Assembly (NCBI GenBank): GCA_949841245.1
Contig: CATKYT010000001.1
Location: 10,906-74,905 of the forward strand
Reading direction: 5' to 3'
DNA length: 64,000 bases
Origin: an uncultured Eubacteriales bacterium
GTDB lineage: Bacteria; Bacillota; Clostridia; Christensenellales; UBA1242
Shown here: one piece after another, positions 17,220-23,480 of the stretch
Position numbering within the stretch: the stretch's first letter is position 1
How the letters are laid out: each line of letters begins with the position of its first letter
The notes under the pieces: model-generated
Told to the model about the DNA's origin: nothing
The model's input: only the letters and a program-made list of their open reading frames with translations
The model's database searches: none
Translations under genes and position numbers: made by a program

Positions 17220-17295
17220 TGGTGGAGATAATCGGATTCGAACCGATGACCCCCTGCTTGCAAGGCAGGTGCTCTACCAACTGAGCCATACCCCC
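17220..17295 (-). tRNA. tRNA-Cys (anticodon GCA), CCA encoded
   Basis: The minus strand reads gggggta-tg-gctc-agttggta-gagc-a-cctgc-cttGCAa-gcagg-gggtc-atcgg-ttcgaat-ccgat-tatctcc-a-cca, 76 nt. The discriminator is A rather than the usual U. Confidence 0.85.
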
Positions 17296-17366
17296 ATATG
17301 CCCTAAAATATTATCACATTTTAAGGCGATTGTCAATCAAATTATAAAAATTTTTAAATTTTAATT

Positions 17367-17756
17367 TTAGTGTGTGTGAAATTCTGTAAGACGAACATTG
17401 TTTATCTTTCTTTGTTCTTCCACATAGTTTGAAAACATTTCTCTTACTCTGAAAGGATTTTTAATGTTTTTCAAAACAAAGATTGGGGCTCTTTCATCGT
17501 TGGTTGACAAAATGACAGTTCCTGTGTTAAGCAATTTTCCAAACAAAGATTGACGCAAAGAAATGTCACAAACTCTGTAAAGATTGACTTCTTCCAAAGC
17601 AGAATAAGTGAAACCAATGTCGGAAAAAACTTTAAACCAAGAACCTGGTTTATTAACAAGGCGATAACGAGTGAAAGAGAGTGGCATTCCTAAAACTCTT
17701 TTTCTGTCGTGCCATACAAGTTCGGCACCTTTTCCATGTAATCTTTCAACATTCAT
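17367..17756 (-). CDS. bacterial PH-domain (bPH_2/YdbT-like) protein
   Basis: YRLVNK...LYRVCDISLRQSLFGKLLNTGTVILST...LKNIKNP matches the bPH_2 pattern. Confidence 0.55.
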   Translation of the reverse strand: MNVERLHGKGAELVWHDRKRVLGMPLSFTRYRLVNKPGSWFKVFSDIGFTYSALEEVNLYRVCDISLRQSLFGKLLNTGTVILSTNDERAPIFVLKNIKNPFRVREMFSNYVEEQRKINNVRLTEFHTH

Positions 17757-17841
17757 ACAAATTTCTCCTGTTTTTTCTTTATTTTACACTATAATAATAA
17801 AAAAGTAAACAGTTTTTGCAAAATATTTGTTTAATAACAAC

Positions 17842-17870
17842 AAAAAAAGGCCTGCAAACGCAGGTCTTTT
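17842..17870 (-). terminator. rho-independent terminator of the Cys-rich peptide gene
   Basis: The minus strand reads gacctgc-gttt-gcaggcc followed by T7. Confidence 0.65.
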
Positions 17871-17882
17871 CCCAAAACTTGA

Positions 17883-18092
17883 TTAGTTTTTGCAACCGCA
17901 ACCACAGTTAGAGAGCAAAATCAAGAACAACAATGTTTGACAATCGATGCAGATTTCGCCACCTTTCATGTTTCCGCAGCCACAACCACAGTTTTGTAAG
18001 AGCAAAAGTAAGAAGATAAGAGAGCAGCAGTCCATACCGCAGTTGCAATCTCTGCCTACTTCGCCACAATTTGAGCCTCCAAAAAAGTTCAT
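17883..18092 (-). CDS. Cys/Gly-rich mini-protein with two tandem repeats of a hydrophobic stretch followed by NCGCGC
   Basis: MNFFGGSNCGEVGRDCNCGMDCCSLIFLLLLLQNCGCGCGN / MKGGEICIDCQTLLFLILLSNCGCGCKN. It has SD AGGAGG 7 nt upstream and its own terminator. Confidence 0.6.
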   Translation of the reverse strand: MNFFGGSNCGEVGRDCNCGMDCCSLIFLLLLLQNCGCGCGNMKGGEICIDCQTLLFLILLSNCGCGCKN

Positions 18093-18211
18093 TTGTGCCT
18101 CCTAAAAGTTTCTTATGTACGACTTTTGTGTGCTTAAAGTTCTTGCACATTAACAATGTATTTAAAAACCAAAAAAAATGTGCATAAAAAATTTTTTTGT
18201 TAATATAAATA

Positions 18212-18240
18212 TTGCCAATCGGCAATGAAAATGTTATAAT
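18212..18240 (+). promoter_or_regulatory. promoter TTGCCA-17-TATAAT for 18264..18623
   Basis: TTGCCA at 18212..18217, a 17-nt spacer, TATAAT at 18235..18240. Confidence 0.55.
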
Positions 18241-18263
18241 TAGGCATAAGGAGAAACACAAGA

Positions 18264-18623
18264 ATGGATATGACAGAAGAAGAAAGATATTTAAAATACA
18301 TCAACGAACAAGCCAAAATTCTTGAAATGGAAGAAGAACGAGCTCGACAAGCTCAACAAAGAGAAGCAAGAGAAAGGCTGGAAAGGCAACAAGGTAAAGG
18401 ACCTGATAACACGATTTTGGCGATGGCTGAGCAAATTCAAAAAGAACAAAAAAAGAAAGAAAGTGAAAGACAAGCATCAGAAAATCATAATGAAACAATG
18501 TCAGCAATTAATGGCATAAAAGAAACATTGTCTTCTCAAATTGCCAACAATAATTTGGACGCTTCAAGTCAAAATCAAGCACCTGTAAACCAAGGACCTG
18601 AAAGAACTATAGTTAAAAGATAA
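18264..18623 (+). CDS. hypothetical highly charged coiled-coil protein
   Basis: 119-aa ORF, E/R/Q/K-rich, with SD AAGGAG. Confidence 0.5.
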   Translation: MDMTEEERYLKYINEQAKILEMEEERARQAQQREARERLERQQGKGPDNTILAMAEQIQKEQKKKESERQASENHNETMSAINGIKETLSSQIANNNLDASSQNQAPVNQGPERTIVKR

Positions 18624-18687
18624 AAAGGAACATTAGTTTCTTTTTTTTCATAAAATATTTGACAAATTTTCAATGAGGTAAAATATA

Positions 18688-19377
18688 ATGAAAAAACTTA
18701 TGACAATAATGGCATGTTTTGCTATGATTTTAGTGGGTGGTTTGACACTTGCTGGATGCGGTGGTCCAACAGAAACCGAAATCAGTGCAACAGAGGCACA
18801 AACTTTCATTAATTCACAAGATTTTGAAAGTAAGTTTGCTGGTGGATATTTATATAAAATGGCAGGTGGAATTCTTTCTACACAAGTAAAGTTCAACAAT
18901 GGCAACATTGCGGAATTTAAATATGAATCAAACCAAAGCGCTGAAAACTTCAAGTTATACATTAAAGATGGCAAAGCATACCTTGACACAGAAGATACAA
19001 AAGTTTGGGCAAACGTTCAAGATATTGAAGACACTGAATATGGTCCTTATTTTAAATCCATTATGGATTCAGTAGATGTAACCCATGTTACAAACTTGGT
19101 TAAACAACAAGCAGTTGTATATTACACCAAATTCATCAAAAAAGTTGATGGAAACAAAACTGAACTTGTTTGCAGTGGTGAACATGAAGGAGTTACCGCT
19201 CAAATCAGTTTAACCTTTGTTGACGGAAAATTGGAAAAAGTTGTTGGTTCTCAAAAGGGTCAAGAAGTTTTGACACTTGAAACACTCAACACAATTGTTT
19301 TTCCAGACTTAGTTGGATATGAAGAATATCAAGAACCAAGCATTGAAGTTGACCCAGAACAAACAGTGGTTGCTTAA
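18688..19377 (+). CDS. lipoprotein, unknown function
   Basis: Signal peptide with lipobox LTLAGC. Confidence 0.7.
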   Translation: MKKLMTIMACFAMILVGGLTLAGCGGPTETEISATEAQTFINSQDFESKFAGGYLYKMAGGILSTQVKFNNGNIAEFKYESNQSAENFKLYIKDGKAYLDTEDTKVWANVQDIEDTEYGPYFKSIMDSVDVTHVTNLVKQQAVVYYTKFIKKVDGNKTELVCSGEHEGVTAQISLTFVDGKLEKVVGSQKGQEVLTLETLNTIVFPDLVGYEEYQEPSIEVDPEQTVVA

Positions 19378-19384
19378 TAGTTAA

Positions 19385-19417
19385 CAAAAAAAAGAAGTCA
19401 GATCGACTTCTTTTTTT
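19385..19417. terminator. bidirectional terminator
   Basis: A-run, then stem gaagtc / gacttc with loop agatc, then T7. Confidence 0.6.
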
Positions 19418-19592
19418 ATAAACTTCTTACATTATCTTCCAAAACGCTTTCATAAGTTTTAACAGTTGTGGAAGTTGTGAATCCTGATGATAACTCCTTT
19501 TCTGATTCGCAGGTTTCATCAACTAATTCAAAGTTTTCACCTTCATAAGCATTAGTTTGCATTTTGTCGATGTAATTTCTTAAAAATTTCAT
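19416..19592 (-). CDS. small acidic hypothetical protein (58 aa, below the ORF-track cutoff)
   Basis: ATG at 19592 with SD AAGGAG 6 nt upstream. Reads MKFLRNYIDKMQTNAYEGENFELVDETCESEKELSSGFTTSTTVKTYESVLEDNVRSL and stops with TAA at 19418..19416. Confidence 0.4.
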   Translation of the reverse strand: MKFLRNYIDKMQTNAYEGENFELVDETCESEKELSSGFTTSTTVKTYESVLEDNVRSL

Positions 19593-19643
19593 TTATTTCT
19601 CCTTAATCTAGTTTATGTTTTTTTGCTTGTTAAATTTAAAAAA

Positions 19644-20438
19644 TCATCTTCCTTTATAAGTCTTTTTAAATTTCTGTTGTCTTTCCCAGATTGACATAAT
19701 CCATTTATGTGGCAAGATTTTGACCAGTGCAGTTTGGGCTTTAGATTTAAAACCATAAAGCACAACTTCTTTGCGTTTTAATGCTGCTTTCATTCCGCGC
19801 TTAACCACTTTATCAGCATTATACATTGCAACATATTTTTTTATGACGGTTTCTTTTGTTTTTACATCTGTTGCTCTGTCAAAAAATGGAGTTTTTGTCC
19901 AATAAGGGCAAAGACAAGTCACGCTGATTTTACGAGATTTCAGTTCTCGGTTTAATGCACGAGAATAAGACAACACATATGCTTTTGTTGCACCATACAC
20001 GGCAATATATGGAATTGGTTGAAATGCGGCAATTGAACCGAATTCGACTATTCTTCCACCTTCTTTCATAAAAGGAAGCGAAAGAAGTGTAAGATGTGTC
20101 AATGCTTTACAGTTAAGGTCAATCATGCCAATTTGTGCTTCTGTTGAAATGTCATCATAACGACCAAACTTTCCGTAACCACTGGCATTTATAAGCCACT
20201 GGACGCAAACATCTTTTTCCTTTTTAAGTTCTTCTTCAAGTGTTTTAAAACTTTCATCTTTGGTTAAATCCAACGAGTAAAACTTAAAAGTTGTTTTAAG
20301 GTCACTTTGCATTTTTTCAACTGCATCAGTTTTAAGTGCAATTCCCCAAATTTCATCTAAGCCAAGTTTGTCAATTTCATAACAAAACTTTTGTCCCATG
20401 CCAGATGAAGCACCAGTTATTATTGCAATGTTTTTCAT
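19644..20438 (-). CDS. short-chain dehydrogenase/reductase (SDR) family oxidoreductase
   Basis: TGASSGMG cofactor motif and YGATKAY catalytic YxxxK. Confidence 0.85.
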   Translation of the reverse strand: MKNIAIITGASSGMGQKFCYEIDKLGLDEIWGIALKTDAVEKMQSDLKTTFKFYSLDLTKDESFKTLEEELKKEKDVCVQWLINASGYGKFGRYDDISTEAQIGMIDLNCKALTHLTLLSLPFMKEGGRIVEFGSIAAFQPIPYIAVYGATKAYVLSYSRALNRELKSRKISVTCLCPYWTKTPFFDRATDVKTKETVIKKYVAMYNADKVVKRGMKAALKRKEVVLYGFKSKAQTALVKILPHKWIMSIWERQQKFKKTYKGR

Positions 20439-20529
20439 TTTATATCTCCCAAGCTAAACTATTTTATCAGATTTCATACAGTTTTGCAAAGAAAAATGGT
20501 TTAAAACATTTTTTAATTTCTTTTTACGC

Positions 20530-20559
20530 TTGCCTTTTTATTTTTCTTTTTGTTATAAT
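20530..20559 (+). promoter_or_regulatory. putative operon promoter TTGCCT-18-TGtTATAAT (extended -10)
   Basis: TTGCCT at 20530..20535, TG at 20551..20552, TATAAT at 20554..20559. SD AGGAG precedes ATG 20591. Confidence 0.4.
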
Positions 20560-20590
20560 TAACTTGTAAGATTATATCATAGGAGAAACT

Positions 20591-21436
20591 ATGGAAAAAA
20601 CTATTACTTTTTCTGGAAGTAATGAAAAATTGTTTTCAAGATGTCTTTTGGAAAGTTTGGATGTTCGACAGACAATAATTGTTCCAGAAACACACAACGC
20701 CATTTTGGTTAAAGATGGGCAAATGTTGCAAACTTTGTCTTCTGGGAAATACAGATTGGATTCATTTGTTGACCAAAAAGAAGATGCTGGTTCAACTTTG
20801 GAAGTTCTGTTTATGTCAAAAACCGCAAAACTTAAACTTTTGTGGGGAACAGCACAAAGATTTACACTTTATGATTTTGTTTTGGATGAAGATTACCATG
20901 TCGGCATGAGCGGTGATTTTGAAGTTCAAATTGGCGACCCAAGAAAATGCTATCTTTATCTTGTCGGAGTGGCAGATGACTTGACAGCAGACGGATTGCA
21001 AGAAAGGTTGCAATCAAATGTTGTTTCCGTTTTGGAAGATGTCGTTATGCAATTTGCCGAAGCAAACAAAGTTTGTTTCAATCAACTTTCGCTTACCAAG
21101 AAAAAGGTTTCTGCCAAGGTTTTGACACAATTAAACCAAAAACTTATGAATGAATACGGAATTGCGGTTTTTTCTTTCAACATTGCAAACATTATAATAG
21201 AAGAAAATGATCACAAACGACTTTCGGCGCGTTTTAAAGAATTGAAAAACCCTAAAAGTCAAGAAAAGCCGGAAAATGGTTTCTTTTGCAAAGGATGTGG
21301 TCAAGCATTGGAAGAAGATGCCAAGTTCTGCCCATATTGTGGTAAGAAAGTTGGTGGAAACAAGTTGTGTCCAAATTGTCAAGCCGAAAATCCTGTTGGT
21401 GCAAAATTTTGCTCATCTTGCGGAAATAAATTATAG
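20591..21436 (+). CDS. SPFH-fold protein of the YdjI type fused to C-terminal double zinc ribbon
   Basis: NAILVKDGQMLQTLSSGKYRL, VLFMSKTAKLKLLWGT, FEVQIGDPRKCYLYLVG and EYGIAVFSFNIANIIIEE parallel my recollection of B. subtilis YdjI. The C-terminus has CKGCG..CPYCG and CPNCQ..CSSCG. Confidence 0.65.
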   Translation: MEKTITFSGSNEKLFSRCLLESLDVRQTIIVPETHNAILVKDGQMLQTLSSGKYRLDSFVDQKEDAGSTLEVLFMSKTAKLKLLWGTAQRFTLYDFVLDEDYHVGMSGDFEVQIGDPRKCYLYLVGVADDLTADGLQERLQSNVVSVLEDVVMQFAEANKVCFNQLSLTKKKVSAKVLTQLNQKLMNEYGIAVFSFNIANIIIEENDHKRLSARFKELKNPKSQEKPENGFFCKGCGQALEEDAKFCPYCGKKVGGNKLCPNCQAENPVGAKFCSSCGNKL

Positions 21437-21447
21437 GAGGAAAAATT

Positions 21448-21867
21448 ATGTTGGCATTTTTAATAGTTATTTTAATTTTAATTTTGGGTGTTTCTGCCTT
21501 TTACATCTGGAAAGAATATTTTTATAAGGGCGACAGAAAGAAAGGTGAAAAACTTGACATAGGTGGTCGTGGTGTAATGAAAAACAAAAAAGCCATTGAA
21601 AGCATGGTGGCAAATGTGGAAAGTATTATTGTTTATGCAAACGGAAACGACACTCTTTGTAATCGTTTGGTGGAAGTTAAGGACAACATCAGATTTTTTA
21701 ACCCAACAACAAATCAAAAGGCTTTGGCAGTTGACGCCAAACTTTCAGCCAAACTTGATGACCTTAAAATTGCAGTAGCAAAAGACAACACACAGGAAAC
21801 ATGTTTCAGATTGTTGGAAGAAGTTGAAGCATATATTGTTCAACGCAAAAAGGAAGAACAGGCTTAA
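21448..21867 (+). CDS. single-pass membrane protein with cytoplasmic helical domain
   Basis: N-terminal TM helix (LAFLIVILILILGVSAFYIW) and strong SD AGGAGG. The stop overlaps the next start (TAATG). Confidence 0.55.
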   Translation: MLAFLIVILILILGVSAFYIWKEYFYKGDRKKGEKLDIGGRGVMKNKKAIESMVANVESIIVYANGNDTLCNRLVEVKDNIRFFNPTTNQKALAVDAKLSAKLDDLKIAVAKDNTQETCFRLLEEVEAYIVQRKKEEQA

Positions 21868-22220
21868 TGAAAAGAACCTATCAAGTTTCAGCCGATGTGG
21901 CAGAGAAAGAAAAAGCGTTAAAGGAACTTAATCTTGGATATTTGAATTTGGAAGACAGGATGTTTGAACAAGCAAAACTCAGTTTTGAAATTGTGTTGCA
22001 ATTTGACCCTAAGTGTGCGGATGCCTATTGGGGTTTGATGCTTACAAAATTTCAATTATCAAACGAAAATGATTTGACAGACAACGCCATTCTTTATAAA
22101 ACGGCAATATATTTGCCAGAATATGAAAACGCAATGAATTATGCTGACAAAAACCAGAAAAAACGATTTGAAGATATGCTGGAAAACATACATAAAATCA
22201 ATGCTGGCGACAATTTTTAA
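21867..22220 (+). CDS. small TPR-like helical-repeat protein
   Basis: FEQAKLSFEIVLQFDPKCADAYWGLMLTKFQL is TPR-like. The same motif type recurs in 24646..28437. Confidence 0.5.
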   Translation: MKRTYQVSADVAEKEKALKELNLGYLNLEDRMFEQAKLSFEIVLQFDPKCADAYWGLMLTKFQLSNENDLTDNAILYKTAIYLPEYENAMNYADKNQKKRFEDMLENIHKINAGDNF

Positions 22221-22232
22221 AAAGGAGCGACT

Positions 22233-22862
22233 ATGTGGTTACCATTTAAGAGAAATAAATTTAAAAAACTAAACAGAGAAGACCTTGTTAATTCCATCTG
22301 CGAATTAGAAAGACAGGAAAGAACAGTGGAAGCGGAAGTTTTTCAAAAGTTGAAAGAAATTGACGCTTTAAAAGAAAAAGGTAAGAAAGAAAAGAATAAA
22401 GAACTTCAACTTTTCTACGCAAAAAAAATTAGTCATTTAAACGAAGAAAAACAAACTTGCATGGAAAGGGGAATGTATTTGCTTTACAACATTCGTCTTA
22501 TGAATAAACTTAAAGATGCTTATGACAGCAACACTTTCTTCAAAACACAAACAAAAGTTCCACTCAGCGAACTTTTGAAAGACCAAACAGGATTGGCGAA
22601 GTTTTTAAATAAGGCTTTACAAACCAGAATTAAGTCAGAAGATGTTTTGACAAGTGCAGATGACTTGTTTGCCGAAGTGCAAGCGGCTTATGATGTCAGC
22701 GAGCCTATTTATGGAGTTGGAAAGCAAGAAGAAGAACTTTTAAGCATGTTTGAACAAGAAGACCAACTCAGTGATGAGCGTGAGTTATATCAAGCACAAG
22801 AAGATTATGAAGAACCTGCAAAGGAAACTATAAAAAAGAAAAAAGCGAAATTGGAGGAGTAA
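22233..22862 (+). CDS. ESCRT-III/Snf7-superfamily-like protein (Snf7/Vps20-like paralogue)
   Basis: Basic N-terminal helical hairpin (..KGKKEKNKELQLFYAKKISHLNEEKQTCMERGMYLLYNI..) and an acidic C-terminal third. The layout parallels Snf7/CHMP6 as I recall them. SD AAGGAG is present. Confidence 0.5.
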   Translation: MWLPFKRNKFKKLNREDLVNSICELERQERTVEAEVFQKLKEIDALKEKGKKEKNKELQLFYAKKISHLNEEKQTCMERGMYLLYNIRLMNKLKDAYDSNTFFKTQTKVPLSELLKDQTGLAKFLNKALQTRIKSEDVLTSADDLFAEVQAAYDVSEPIYGVGKQEEELLSMFEQEDQLSDERELYQAQEDYEEPAKETIKKKKAKLEE

Positions 22863-22865
22863 AAA

Positions 22866-23462
22866 ATGGGACTTTTTAAATCTAAGGAAGAAAAGGCAAT
22901 TGAAAAAAAGATGTTGATTAAAAGAACAATCAACTCAATGAACAAACAAATCAACAAACTTGAAGCACAAAAACAAGTGTTTGTTGATGCGGCAAAAAAG
23001 GCAAAGCAAAAAGATTTGGATGCTCAGTATAATTTGGCACTTTCTGGTTATAAGATGACTGTTCAACAACAAAAACGCGCACAAGAAATGCTTTTAAATT
23101 TTGAAATTACAGCACAAATGAAAGATGTAACTATGATGACTGCTGAATTTTTGCATGGTATGAGTGACATCAGCAAAGAGATGACCAAATTTGCAGATGC
23201 CAAAGAATTTGCCAAAATTCAAAATCAATTCGAGCAAGCAATGGCTGCTGTTGAAACTCAGGCTGACCAAATGGATAATTTCATGGAAATGAGCCAAGAA
23301 ACTTTCTATAATCAAGGAAAGGCAAGAGATGGCAAAGAGATGTCTGATGAAGAATTTGAAAAGTTTATTGAAGAACAAGCAAGCCAAGATGAAATGTCAT
23401 CTGAATCAATTGATAAAGAAATGGAAGAACTTAGAAAGAAAATTGAATCTGACATGAACTAA
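22866..23462 (+). CDS. ESCRT-III-like protein (Vps24/CHMP3-Vps2 class)
   Basis: Compare MGLFKSKEEK...VDAAKKAKQKD with recalled CHMP3 MGLFGKTQEK...VKDAAKKGQKD. Also SKEMTKFADAKEFAKIQNQFEQAMAAVETQADQMDNFME. The N-terminal half is basic and the C-terminal half acidic, ending in an amphipathic helix IDKEMEELRKKIESDMN. Confidence 0.7.
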   Translation: MGLFKSKEEKAIEKKMLIKRTINSMNKQINKLEAQKQVFVDAAKKAKQKDLDAQYNLALSGYKMTVQQQKRAQEMLLNFEITAQMKDVTMMTAEFLHGMSDISKEMTKFADAKEFAKIQNQFEQAMAAVETQADQMDNFMEMSQETFYNQGKARDGKEMSDEEFEKFIEEQASQDEMSSESIDKEMEELRKKIESDMN

Positions 23463-23480
23463 ATAAAAGGATTTTTGCCA

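Noticed and set aside
16985-17263. 92-aa minus-strand ORF.
   Set aside because: It runs across tRNA-Cys (17220..17295) and overlaps the real gene 16695..17120, so it is spurious.
17908-18261. 117-aa minus-strand ORF overlapping the Cys-rich peptide gene in another frame.
   Set aside because: It has no SD. The 69-aa frame has AGGAGG at ideal spacing, an internal tandem repeat at protein level and a matching terminator.
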